Origin: Paramoeba atlantica
Taxonomy: Eukaryota; Protista; Discosea
Assembly: GCA_977017575.1 (NCBI GenBank)
Contig: CDRNVI010000049.1
Coordinates: forward strand, 186,001 to 250,000
Length of the DNA: 64,000 bases
Direction: 5' to 3'
The notes under the pieces were generated by a model, which saw only the letters and a program-made list of their open reading frames with translations, ran no database searches and was not told the origin of the DNA. Positions within the stretch are counted from its first letter, which is position 1. Each line of letters starts with the position of its first letter. Position numbers and translations under genes: made by a program. This document shows, one piece after another, positions 1 through 11,117 of the stretch.

Positions 1-1106
1 CTATGTGGTCTTGTTTTGGAAGCATCTTGGTTGCATTTTAATCCAGAAATTATTCACGAAATGGCTGAGAAGGGGAAACAGCTATGGACATATGGTAAAG
101 GTAACAATGCTGCCTCGTGGGTAATGCAGCAATATGATTTAGGAGTACATCGTGTCATTACCGACCTTACTGGACAATTAATTGGTGAGATTAGAGCAGT
201 GGGATTCTTAACATTTTAAATCAAGTCTTTGTCCAGAGATCTCATTTCTATTACTAGAATCATCCGACATTGGTGTTGTGATTCACCACAGAAGCCTAAT
301 GGAGCCTTCCTAATGAGGAACCTAATGTTCACAACTTGTGAACATTAACACAACTGTTCAATTTTTCTGATGATACAAGGTATAAAACGTATAATTTTGC
401 AATGGACTAACAACGCCGAGGAAATTATACGGAATTCTAATACAGAACGTGGCACTCTTCGAGCGAACTGATATCATATTGTCCGATAAGGTGATATGCA
501 TTCATCATTCACTATAAGCCAGATTTTTATATTCCAGCCGACGAGTAAGAAGAATACAGTATCACAAAAAAGTTAACCATCTTTTGAGCATTTTTTCAAA
601 GTTACGCACGGACTGATATTTCATAAATATTTATCTCACATTTTTTTGCAGGCGGTTGAAACGTCAGAACCTCGCACTGAACTTTTCGGAGGACCATCCT
701 TCAGTGTAGTCGAACACAACCGCGTTGACTTTTTTCTGTATACCCTTGGCAATATTCGCGAAACGGCATTAAATGATGCAGATTCGCGAATTGCAGCTGA
801 ATCTTTAGGAAGTTGCTTTTCCTCCGTTGAAGTCAGAAGATCACTTCGACCACTTCGACTGCCCACTACATGGAGAGTGGAAAACCATTTGTACTTTGCA
901 GGAGGAGCGTCTCGACGCCATGCAAATTATTACTCAAATTTCAGTAGAACAGGACCTCAATTCGCAAAAGGCCGCTACTTTTCCTCCTCAGTAAGGTCTG
1001 TTGGATGCAGTAATTTTGGAATCTTGAAAAACATAATGTATCTCAGAGAACAATTTCACCAATGTCCTCAATCTAGAAAGGTACAACAAGAATAATAATA
1101 ATAAAC

Positions 1107-1933
1107 GGTTAAACTGAAGCAAATTTAGCATTTTTCATATTTTTTGATATTTCCGATGAATCCTGGCTCTACTTCGAAGCTACTCTCTTCCAATACAATG
1201 AATTTAAATTGATTTCTTTCTTACTTCAATATCTTAAGACTTTCTTACATAACTCTGCGAACTTAAAGACGAATACAAGTGCAATGAGTCTGCAAGTTCT
1301 CGAGGATTCTCAGCATGACATCCCCGCCGTTCCTCTTCAAACTTCCGTTACATTTTTCAGGAATTGCTTGAACTCGGTCTGATCTTTTCCCTGGCTTGCC
1401 CCCCAAATATTTCCTTCACGTTTCAAACGCTTCTTAGCCATAGAGTTAGCACATTCAACAGTGTTTGTATGTACCCCGTCTGGGGTGACCCATTGCTGAC
1501 GATGATTTACACTTCGCCACTCGTACTTGGACCGAAGTTTTAGATTATGACGGGCGCCAAGAAGCGGACGGGCGCAATGAAGAAGCAAGTTCATCAATTT
1601 TTGAAACGAGCGTTGGTACACCACCACTTTGCTCCAATGAGCTTCATGTGTCGGGGTGACTTGTGTACTTTCCTGTAGCACACAACTTTCTGGGCTAACA
1701 GCTTGTGGCTTTTCATTCATTCGGCATATTCCTGCTCGCAAAGTGCAACTTTGCTTAATGTGAGGTCACCCCGACAAGAAAACCCAGCACACCCTTGACA
1801 AGGCATAACAAAATCACGAAAAATCCAAAAATCAACCTAGTAGAATAAAAAGAAGATTTTTTTGGGGGCAAAAAATAGGAAAAAAATTAATCAAGAGAAA
1901 AGCTAAATTTGCTTCAGTTTCACATAAAAAACC
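1107..1933 (-). mobile_element. Internally deleted Merlin (IS1016/ISXO2-like) DNA transposon remnant
   Basis: The minus strand encodes the Merlin C-terminal motif VNHRQQWVTPDGVHTNTVECANSMAKKRLK. Another frame gives an N-terminal Zn-ribbon piece, VCYRKVHKSPRHMKLIGAKWWC. A 24-bp inverted repeat AAACTGAAGCAAATTTAGC(A)TTTTC sits at 1111-1136 / 1897-1920. Confidence 0.7.
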
Positions 1934-2047
1934 CATACTTCTGCATTATTTTTGCTTGCTAATTAATATTTCGAAAAATTTTACGTTACGGTGCTTTTAC
2001 TAGGGCTGTACCCATTGTGCGTCTTAGTTTAAGATTGAGTGGTGTAC

Positions 2048-3109
2048 ATGTCTGACTATGAGTGGAAAACAGTTCAATCAAAAAGAAAAAAATCGCGTCG
2101 AAAACGGGTACCCCTTTTTCTTCAAGAGAAAGATTCCGGATTTGATCCAGGACTGATAGAACTGGAAGCATTACATTCGGGAACGGGAGTGGCACGAAAA
2201 ACGCTGATCGAACCTGAGTTGTGTGCGTTGAAGATGCAACGTGCGCACAGATTGCTACGCATCATTAAGCATATCGTAAACTGCACACCTCGATATCACC
2301 AAATGTCGAAGTCCCTTGACGAGGTTGCCCGTATTATATCGCATTCATGGAATTTGCTTTACCCTGATCAGGCTGTTTATGCACATATTCGTCATCTCGC
2401 GCTTGCTCTCGGTTCTATCGAAAAAAATAAGAATACTCTTCCACAATTATGTTTTTTCCTTTCGTTGCGAAATCAGCTTGCGATGCGTTTGCAGTCCTTC
2501 ATCACTGCATCTACCGATGTAGGGGATCGCTGCCCTCATCAGTGGCACACAGATGATTTAGCTCAGGCGTACGATCCGGATTCTACATCAATGGATCAGT
2601 TTGTACTTTCTCAATGCGGTTTGCATTCGCGTTTGAATCACCATTACTTTCGAGATGAAAGCAAGAACAAAGTCGAACCTTCAGTTTACGTAATATTTGC
2701 CCCTCACGCACCCTTGCAGCTCACTATAGAAATATGGAATCAATTGCGCATTTTCCGAAGTTCGATGAACAGCATTCCCCAGGAACCCTCAGCAAAAGAG
2801 AACAGATTGTATTCGATGCTCGTTTGGATAGGAAACCCTATGATATGCCCCACATTTGATTTTGAGGGAGCACCCCTATTAAAGGAGCACTTCATAGATA
2901 TTCCTTTAAAGATATTAAATCCTTTCGAGGAATCTCCGCTGGCGCTGGAGGACACTTGCATGTCTATTCTTCGAATTTCTCACCAGATATCCCCACCCAA
3001 CGAGGTATCTACACCGCCCCTTGCTTTTGATGAAACCAGGGTACAAAGCAACATGGCAGCACTATACAAATATTGCAAATGGAACGGTGCAGGTGAATTT
3101 CGTGTGTAG
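2048..3109 (+). CDS. SRR1/Ber1-like domain protein
   Basis: Open 350-aa ORF. Motifs follow SRR1 domain order: EWKTVQSKRKK, LALGS...QL.FF, AYDP...D..VL..CG, FAPHAP, WIGNP. Recognised from motif memory only. Confidence 0.6.
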   Translation: MSDYEWKTVQSKRKKSRRKRVPLFLQEKDSGFDPGLIELEALHSGTGVARKTLIEPELCALKMQRAHRLLRIIKHIVNCTPRYHQMSKSLDEVARIISHSWNLLYPDQAVYAHIRHLALALGSIEKNKNTLPQLCFFLSLRNQLAMRLQSFITASTDVGDRCPHQWHTDDLAQAYDPDSTSMDQFVLSQCGLHSRLNHHYFRDESKNKVEPSVYVIFAPHAPLQLTIEIWNQLRIFRSSMNSIPQEPSAKENRLYSMLVWIGNPMICPTFDFEGAPLLKEHFIDIPLKILNPFEESPLALEDTCMSILRISHQISPPNEVSTPPLAFDETRVQSNMAALYKYCKWNGAGEFRV

Positions 3110-3142
3110 ACAATTTCTTGCGTGGATCGCTTAATGGTACTA

Positions 3143-3631
3143 ATGTATCCCCCCCGGTTTATAATAGCCGCGCTTTTGCCCAATTGAACCTATAAAGGAG
3201 GGGAGGGCGATGGAAGATTAAAAGTTGGCACTGAAATAGCCCTACATTTGGGAGCGAGAAACCAGGAATTATCCAATCGCTAAGTAGGCCCCGGCTCTCT
3301 GGCAAAGCAAAGTGTCCAGCACCACCCCGTGCCATACCTCGAAGAACCACGTAAAAATAATACTAGTATCAAAATATTTAAGACGGTGCAAGAAAATTAA
3401 AAAAAAACTTCCTCGGTTTGCCAAAAAAAGAACCTATAAGCGGAAAGTGGAAAAGCGAAAAGTAGGCGTGGAAAGCTAAAAAGTGTACGAAAGCTCGAAA
3501 AGTAGATAAAATAATAATAATTAAATATTTAAATATACAAAACTAACATGTTATCACGCAATAGAATGAAAGAAACAAAAAAAAATATAAAGGGGGGAAG
3601 GGTCAAGGCTATTATAAACAGGGGGGTACAG
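3143..3631. mobile_element. MITE with (C/A)TGTA(C/T)CCCCC termini and TA TSD (Tc1/mariner-type)
   Basis: Left end atgtatcccccccggtttataatagcc; right end ggctattataaacaggggggtacag; TA on both flanks (3141-3142, 3632-3633). Confidence 0.7.
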
Positions 3632-3845
3632 TAATTGCCTCTGCACGGTGCAGACTCCACCCTCGATCATTGGCAACGATGAAAAACAGATTTACAGTGC
3701 TCGTAAATACCGCACGCTGCTCTCATGTGACTTCCGGGTGAAATTAAAGCAAAATTCACCTTTTTAAAAAGGAGAATAAAAGCCCTCCCCAAAAATAGGA
3801 TTTCGTGTCATTTTCGTATAATATCATGTGCTTCCATTTTAGGCT

Positions 3846-3932
3846 CTTCGTTAAACGCGGTGGTTGTTTTCAACTTAGAAGTCACTCATGCTGCGCGCTT
3901 CGCGTTGAAAACTACCTCCGCGTTTATCGAAG
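3846..3932. repeat. ~87-bp imperfect palindrome (29-bp arms), with homologues at ~43892-43972 and ~50667-50747
   Basis: Arms are cttcgttaaacgcggtggttgttttcaac / gttgaaaactacctccgcgtttatcgaag. The reverse complement aligns to ttcgttaagcgcggaggtaattttcaacgcaaggcgcgcagcagtggtgacttataagtcgaaaacaac. Confidence 0.8.
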
Positions 3933-4406
3933 GGACTAAAAACGAAAAATCGCCAAATCGTCATGAATAAACTATTTTTTTTGGGTGCAAAAGCCCGATT
4001 TTTAGGCGAAATTTGCGAAATTTTAACACGAATTTGGGCGGTTTATGATGCCTTGCCAATAGGGGTAGGAGGCGAATCTGACGAAACAAATGTCGTAGAA
4101 TGGTAGCTGGGGTCCCAAACTACTAAAAAAAGTTTTAGGAGTCGATTTTGGAAAAATAATGCTTTTACTTTTTTTTTTGGTCGCCCCAAAATTTTCGAAA
4201 ATTTTGACCTTGTCGGACTCCTCCTGCGCGTACCAGGGGGGGGGGGGTGGGGGAAATCATCGCCGCGGCATACTCTACCACTTCCCTGCGCTCAATTTCG
4301 AAAAGCAAAAAATTCGAAAAAGAAATCGCGACGTATGCCACCCGCCTGGACCCCCCTCCCCAATTTTAGACCATCGGAGCCCCCTTTTATACTTTTTTTT
4401 CTATTA

Positions 4407-5578
4407 TAAACCCCCCACAGCGAAAAGTCACCCCCCTCTAGCTTTTCAGCCAAGTGTCCGTTTGGGCTCATTTTTGTTGCATTTTGCTGTTCCCAACACA
4501 AAGACTTTGCCCGTTAAAGCATGGAACCAAAACTCCCAAATGCGTGCATCCGATAGATGGATTATCACTTTCTTCACATTCTTCAAGAGACCAATTTCTC
4601 ACACTTTAACTAATTAAATATTCTCCTCCCATGAGGAAATCAATTAAATTTCATTTTATTTCTGTCCGTTTTTGCTGATTTTTGTTGCAAACGAGAAATC
4701 TATTATTACTGTGTTCCTCTTTATATTTTCACTGTTTTTGTTCACTTTTTTTTCAATAATTGAGGGTAGAGCGGTAGTTATACAACCACCGCAATTTTTT
4801 CCTTTATTTTTCAGATGTTTTTGTTCAGGTCCAAATTTTTCTCAACTCCAACACACGTCCTGTAAAATATGTAAAGTCGTAGAGTTTCTTATCCCGCAAC
4901 GGCACCATTCTCAAAATGTAACGGAAGTATAAGATGTACGATACAATGGCAAATAAACCCCCGCTCGGTAGTACGTTGGGCACCAAGATGCCAAGTTTGG
5001 GGTGCTGTAGGAGTGGGGTGGAGGTATTTGGTTATTCTACGAAATGACACATCTATTACAAGCGAGACGTACATAGAAACATTAAAACAGGTAGATTTCC
5101 CCCCTAATAGTGTATTTCAACAGGAAGGGGTAACGGCACATACCGCCCGTGCCTCCAAAGAGTATATTGAGAATCGAATGAGTGATGTTTTAAGAAACTG
5201 GTCCCCCAACTCGCCCGACCTTTCCCCAATAGAAAACGTCTGGTCTATAGTCCAAGAGGCGGTAGACGAACAAACGCCATCGGACAAACCTTCACTTACC
5301 CGATGTGTACATAAAGCATAGTCTTCTTTAACTCAAAAAGTGATCGACAAAACAGTATTAAGTTTTGATTCTCGACTTAAGGAGTGTATAAGATTGAAGG
5401 GCGAAAAAGTGACAAAATGGTAATTCTTCTCTAAATTGTGCGTATTCGTTTTTTTTTGTCCCATTTCTTTACGCGCAAAGTCCTTGCGTTGAGTTCTGCA
5501 AAATGCAACAAAAATCAGCTCAAGCGGACATTTGTACGAAAAAAAAGAGGGGGGTCACTTTTCGTGAGCGGGGGTTTA
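4407..5578 (+). mobile_element. Tc1/mariner DNA transposon, defective
   Basis: TIRs TAAACCCCC(C)ACAGCGAAAAGTCACCCCCCTCT / AGAGGGGGGTCACTTTTCGTGAGCGGGGGTTTA, TA flanks. Transposase remnant FQQEGVTAHTA...WSPNSPDLSPIENVW (decayed DD34E signature). Confidence 0.85.
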
Positions 5579-6082
5579 TATACTGACGGTTCTAGAGAGA
5601 GTATGATAAAATCCCAAGAAATTCGCAGTGGTGCAGGGATTGTAATCATACCTCCGAAAAAAGAACCAATTGGATGCGGAATACCGCTAGCAGTTACGAC
5701 AATTGAGAGAGCAGAACTTCAATCTTTCTATTTGGCTCTGGGTAAATTACCTGAAAAATCTTGCGTTTGTTTATTTCTCACTGATTCGAATTATGTCTGG
5801 TAGTTTTTTTCACAATTTGCGCCATAAACGGCATACCCTGGACGGCAATAGGAGGTAATTACCTCCTATTACCTCCTATTACCACATATTTTAGTCTACA
5901 TTGTGACTTCTAAAAAGTCTTACGTTATCCTATCTAATTGTGTTCTAAGTGATAAAGGGGGCTTTTTTCGTTACTAATACAGAGTTTCTGCTTTCTTGTG
6001 GTGCAAAATACGGTGTTATTGTGCCTCTAGGACCTACGTAATGGCGTTCTTACCTTTTATCTAACTTCTTACTATTCCCCAT

Positions 6083-6444
6083 CAAAGTTTGAAGCACATG
6101 GTTCTCAGACGGCGAGTTCAAACCCGCTCATCGCAATATTCCTGGCGGCCTCACTCTAAGAGGCTGGGCTGAGAACCGACTAGGCCCAGTACTCGGAGGA
6201 CCGTCCCGGACCCTCCCCTCAGGGAACCAGCTCCCTTACCCGGCTTACACCTCTTTGGTAAGCCGTGTTGACGTACAGTTCGTTGACGCAGCGTGTTGCA
6301 ACAGCACTTTGGTGCCGCCTTGGAAAAGCGGAAACTGGTAGAGGACGTCGGCCTCGGAACTTCCAAATCTGTCTGTGAAGGGTCTGGCTTTCCAGTGACC
6401 ATCCGGAGCAATCCGGATTGATTTGGATATTTTTTTTGATTTGG
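6083..6444 (+). mobile_element. tRNA-derived SINE family 1 (head truncated) with 12-bp TSD
   Basis: TSD ACTATTCCCCAT at 6071-6082 and 6445-6456. B-box-like GAGTTCAAACCC. Body is shared with 9218-9592 and 18535-18937. T-rich GATTTGG tail. Confidence 0.85.
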
Positions 6445-6792
6445 ACTATTCCCCATACTTTTTCCCACGCTCTTATACTTTTAATGAAAGTCATAACTGT
6501 TAGTTACTTTAAACTGTTCATTAATCGAGTTAATATCCTGATATATCCTGATATGAAGAGGAAGATATTACTCCAAGGTCTCGAAAGCGAGCAGCGCGTC
6601 GTATTAGCAACGAAAGATTGCTGTCGTATTAGCAACGCGATGCTGTTAATCAGCGGGCGGCTGATGGACCAAGCCAATTAAGCTTGACCACAGTGAGAAA
6701 GGTCACGGATATTTCAAGCCATGCGAAGAAAGTTCGTTCTCGGAACGTTGAGGACCCACTTAAATTTGGAGATCTATCCTGTTATTTTTATT

Positions 6793-8210
6793 AGGTCTGG
6801 GCATACCTAGATGACGTCACCTTCACGGGTGAACCTAAGGTTTTCGCGGAAGCCCTGGGGGCCCTCCGCGAGGAGTTGAAATTCCTCGGACTACGGCTGA
6901 ACGCCGCCAAGCGTAAAGTGGCCACTAGGAACGATAAATTCTTCACGGAGTTCTTAGGGACTCGGATGATACATTCCCCAGGGGGGTTAAAACTCCTGGG
7001 GGCGTATATTGGGGAGTCCGAGGGCAAGGAGGATTGGGTTCTTTCCAGGGCCCCCAGGGCGATCTCCTTCCTTGAGAAATTGAAGGGGATCAGCAGACAA
7101 TGTGGCTCTCCCCTTCTGAGGCTCTGCGGAAGCCCCAGATGGAACTTCATTGTGAGGACGCACGAGCCTCCGGTAACAAAAAGGGGCAACGACCAGTTGG
7201 ATAAGGCCGTCATGGCATGTGCCGAGGCCCTGCTCGGCGGGATGGGTTCCTTGGGGAAAACACCGTTTACTAATAACCTCCTTAAGGCAGATTTCCTAGG
7301 GACCATCCCCTTCGAGCACAAGGCTCAGGACATGCAGGTGAAGTCGAAAAGCGCACCTCAAGGCATACCACCTGGCATTTCTGCCAAAGATCTGCGTAGC
7401 AACCTTTGTAGGGCAGCTCTGAGGAACGCCCCGACGTCTACCCAATTGGTCTGCATGCGTCAGATCCAGAATGTGCACTCCACCAAGTGGATGAGTGCCC
7501 TGCCGAACAGGCCGGAGTACTACATGCGGGGCCCGTAGTGGTAGACTGCGGCACGCCTCCGGTACCTGGTCGCCCCGATCTCGGAACCTGAGCCCCAGTT
7601 CGTGCGCGGTGCAACCCTCAGCAATGAGGAGTTTTGCGTACACGCACTGGGCTGCAAGAAGGTGAAGGGGAAAACTCAGGCCTCCGTCCATAAGGAGGTC
7701 AAAGAAACGTTTCGGAACCTCCTATTCCACTATGGGTTCAGCCTGGGCTACGAAACGAGGTTCGACAACGGACGGGGGCCAGACATCTGTTTCCCGCTGG
7801 GGCGTAAGATCTTCCTGGTTGACGTCACAGTTGTGAACCCACTGGCCCCGTCGAAGGAGGCCGCGGAGCCATCCCACACGTTGAGGATGGCTGAGGCCAA
7901 CAAAAGGCGCTCTCATGAGGAGATGGTTGAGGGGCATGGGTTTTCACCCCCTGGCCTTCTCCACGTAAGGGGCCCCGGGCCCAGAAACCTCGAACTTCCT
8001 CAACAAGGTGGCCCGGGCCCACTCTTCGGACGAGAACGGGTGTCTCGCCCATTTCTTGATGGCCGTCGGGGTGGCCATCCAGATAGGGAACGCCCAGATT
8101 GTTCAGGCGGCTTTATAGGACTGATGGCGCCGCGGGGTTAGGGGACAGGAGAACGCGGGGGAGGGGTGTAGGCTTCCGGTGGGCCTAGGTGGTGCACATA
8201 AAAAAAAATG
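6793..8210 (+). mobile_element. 5'-truncated CRE/SLACS/CZAR-like non-LTR retroposon (RT C-terminal half plus REL endonuclease), decayed
   Basis: Starts at WAYLDDVT. Contains LLGAYIG, a CCHC-like C..A.....H...C, and the REL motif GPDI...LVDVTVVNP...KRR. Ends in an A-run at ~8200. TAG stops at 7536-7544. Confidence 0.85.
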
Positions 8211-9217
8211 GTTTAGTTTTATTGATCTTTTAATATCAAAGATACCGTTTCTGTAAACATATGGTTTTTTCCTGAGCGTAAATTTCAGTCCAAGTTCTGT
8301 CATGTTAATTGGGTGATAGAAAAGTGGCAATTACCACATATCACCACGCATGTGGTAATTACCGCCTATTACCGTCCAGGGTATGAAACGGCGTAAAGTG
8401 GAATACAATGGAATAAAAAATGGTGATTTGATGCATGATGTGGGTCTTCAGCTCCGATTCCTAAAATTTAATTCTTATACCATATACTTGTGCAAAGTAA
8501 GGGCGCACATTTGAAATAAATGGAATGAAGAGGCAGATTGCCTAGCACTTTTGGCAGCGCGTAAAGTGGCTCGGCCTCCGATACCAAAAAGGAGAAAAAA
8601 AACTGACAACTCGGAAAATCAAGAGAATTCACAGCCTTTATGGTCCTTAAATGCCTTACTCAAAAGGAAATCCCTTGGAAATGCTTCGAGGTAAGGTTGC
8701 GAGAACTGGCTGGAATAGGAAACCGCCCAAGTAAGGAAAGAATTAATGGAATTGCATCTTTGTAAACTTGGAATACCTTGAGGATTGTGTATAGGTTATG
8801 GGGAAAATATTGTTTGTTTGTACCGTACCAGAAACATATAAACTCTGAACTTGGAAGTGATAGATGAAAGCTTCAAGGTGGAAGTGTTAAGTTTTTCAAC
8901 CAACTCTAAGTCGGTCTTATTGGATATGGATTCTTATTGGATACAAGGGCGGCGATGTAATGCTGCACATCCTAGATAATCTACAAGATCATTGTCGTTG
9001 TATTCATTTTAAGTTGAGAGCTAGAAGCGCAAAGTTTTAATTTCTTTACACAAATATTTTTATGAACAGAAACAAAATGCCTTTTTGAAAAGGCGAATTT
9101 TGCTTTAATTTAACCGACTTCCGTAACTCTGCGAATCAGCCCCAAACTCGGCACCGGTTGGGTGACCGAAGGAGGGGCGAAGTACTTTGACGTGGTATTA
9201 CTGTGACCTCCAAAAAA

Positions 9218-9592
9218 TACAAATCCAAATCATTCCGGATTGCTCCGGATGGCCACTGGAAAGCCAGACCCTTCACAGACAGATCTGGAAGTTCAGAGGC
9301 CGACGTCCTCTACCAGTTCCCGCTTGCCCAAGGCGGCACCAACCTGCTGTTACCAACACGATGAGCCCACGAATTGTACGTCAACACGGCTCACCCAAGA
9401 GGTGTGAGCCAGATAAGGGAGCTGGTTCCCTGATGGAAGGGTCTGGGACGGTCCTCCAAGTACTGGTCCTATTCGGTTCTCAGCCAAGCCTCTTAGAGTG
9501 AGGCCGCCGGCGTATCACGATGAGCGTTTGAACTCGCCGTCTGAGCACCATGTGCTTCAAACTTTGAATTCTTGCCACTCCGCCACCTCCGC
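9218..9592 (-). mobile_element. tRNA-derived SINE family 1, full head
   Basis: The minus strand head has A-box TGGCGGAGTGG and B-box GAGTTCAAAC. Body is closely similar to 6083-6444. Confidence 0.8.
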
Positions 9593-9849
9593 CCTAAGTG
9601 GTGGAAAGTGGTGGCGGTGGGGCGTCGTTGGGGTGTGGGAAGATGTGTGTGTGCGTGCGCGTATGTGAGGGTGTGTGATGATTCGGGGGCTCGTCGGTGA
9701 TGGGGCGCTTTGTATGTTTGTGCGGTGTTATCTGAGCAGCAGATCTTCTGACAAGTACCGTTTTTTATTTTCAATGTGCAACATATGCCCGAATTCAAGC
9801 TCGGAATGGGTTTCGGAAAAATGATTTTATTCAGCGCTAAACGACTAAT

Positions 9850-10560
9850 GCGGAGATGCTTCAAACGCTTCTTGGCCATAGAGTTAGCACATTCGACAGT
9901 GTTTGTATGTTATATGAGCTCTATCGGGAACAAGCGACCCCAAAGCACCATACCTTAAGTTCCAATTTGTTTTTATTTACATAGAGAAATCTTTGCCATA
10001 GTCGCTCCGACCTCCACCCGTTGTCCGACCGGCAGGCTTTTCTTGGCCCGATGAACCAGCCACGTTCCATTGGCCAGTTACGTGACTCGCATCACGTACC
10101 TCAGGGGAGACACCCAATTACAGGGCAGTGCGGGACCGCTCACCCGCTAAAACCCTACGGCTCCGGAAGGTTAGCCCGGGGCGTTCCTTGCTGGAGAAGT
10201 GAAGGCTGGAGGTGGGGTGGGATAAAACCACAGCTAGGACGAAATTCCGTTCCATCTCCACCGACGGGAAAAGGCTAGCGCGATCGCTAACGTCATGTAT
10301 GCCTCGGCGACGGATCTTGCCACGCCGTCCTTGCCGCGGAACGCGGTTAACGACGCCGCTAGCAGGGGGGAACAGGAATAGGAGTGGACAGTTCCCTCCT
10401 CGCTCGGGGCCCTTACTTCGGAAGGATGGGGCCGCCACGCACCATCACCGACAACGGTCCAATGCCGGGTTCCTGAACAATTTTTGGTACACCACCACTT
10501 CGCTCCAATGAGTTTCATGTGTTGGGGTGACTTTTGCACTTTCTTGTAGCACACAGCTTT
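9850..10560 (-). mobile_element. Second Merlin remnant (same family as 1107-1933) with its centre replaced by ~570 bp of foreign GC-rich DNA
   Basis: 10490-10560 matches 1612-1690 (KAVCYKKVQKSPQHMKLIGAKWWC). 9860-9910 matches 1420-1470 (HTNTVECANSMAKKRLK). Confidence 0.7.
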
Positions 10561-10562
10561 CT

Positions 10563-10620
10563 CCAAAATCCAATCCAAATCATTCCGGATTGCTCCGGAT
10601 GGTCACCGGCAAGCCAGACC
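10563..10620 (-). mobile_element. 3' fragment of SINE family 1
   Basis: ccaaaatccaatccaaatcattccggattgctccggatggtcaccggcaagccagacc matches the SINE1 3' end. Confidence 0.75.
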
Positions 10621-10630
10621 TATCCTATCC

Positions 10631-10635
10631 CACCA

Positions 10636-10666
<31 letters not shown>

Positions 10667-11117
10667 AAGAAGAAGAAGAAGAAGAAGAAGAAGAAGAAGA
10701 AGAAGACACGGAGGGCTCTGCAGCGCCAACCGTTAGGGTAGAGTCTCAGGCCATCGACCTTCATTGTCTTGTTACCCCCTTCCAAGACGGCACTCGACGC
10801 CTTGCGGCCAGAGCACGGCTACCCAACCATATCTACCAGGACGGGCTTCCACCCCGTTGCATCGTGTAGGCTGTGTCTCAAGCCTCCTTTGCGTAGGCAG
10901 CTCGCAGTTTAGCGGCTGCGCTGGGGCCTGATTCAGCTCGGCGGTCCCGGGTCGGTCTCCAGGGGAGCGGGGTTGGGTGTGGGCCTTGAAGGCACTCCTG
11001 ATCGCTTTCCCTTTGAAGTGAGGCCGCCAGGTTGCGAGTTTTGTCGATAGCGGTGGTCGAACCCACAACCTGCAGGTTGTAAGGCCCACCGTCTAACAAC
11101 TACGCACGCACCGCTCT
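10631..11117 (-). mobile_element. tRNA-derived SINE family 2 with (TTC)n tail and 12-bp flanking duplication
   Basis: tRNA-like head ...GCGTAGTTGTTAGACGGTGGGCCTTACAACCTGCAGGTTGTGGGTTCGACCAC. Shares CCTGGCGGCCTCACT with SINE1. CCTATCCTATCC at 10619-10630 and 11118-11129. Confidence 0.7.
10638..10706. repeat. (GAA)n microsatellite, the tail of SINE2
   Basis: Pure aagaag run of about 23 units. Confidence 0.95.

Larger units (their letters stand above)
5832..8385. mobile_element. TIR element (CATACCCTGGACGG...) with 6-bp TSD AAACGG, carrying nested SINE and CRE insertions
   Basis: TIR CATACCCTGGACGG(C/T)AATAGG(A/C)GGTAATTACC at both ends. AAACGG at 5826-5831 and 8386-8391. Excision restores the RNase H frame. 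Confidence 0.85.
5576..8600 (+). pseudogene. Retroelement-type RNase H fragment, split by the 5832-8385 insertion
   Basis: YTDGS...GAG...ERAEL...LTDSNYV (5576-5831) continues in frame after removing the insertion as HKR|RKVEYNGIKNGDL...LCKVRAH..NKWNEEADCLA. Internal stops are present. Confidence 0.8.

Noticed and set aside
16-1095. Fragmented ORFs at the window start
   Set aside because: Possibly a pseudogene, but I could not recognise any motif.
7530-7550. Stop-codon reassignment (TAG aligned twice with Glu in the CRE copy; TGA at plausible Trp sites such as 12374), as in Blastocrithidia
   Set aside because: All host genes are open in the standard code and end at TAG, TAA or TGA right after conserved C-termini. 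Stops in the TE fragments align to mixed residues (E, W, G, Q), which fits decay.
9520-9592. Functional tRNA genes at the SINE heads (also 11040-11117 and 18870-18937)
   Set aside because: Acceptor and anticodon stems do not close properly, and each head runs into a repeated SINE body.
10385-10435. HDV-like ribozyme suggested by CCTCCTCG
   Set aside because: No matching P1 partner, no J4/2 C-(G/U)-A-A, and no P2 could be built.
10527-10785. Poly-Arg and poly-Phe ORFs
   Set aside because: They are translations of the (GAA)n microsatellite.
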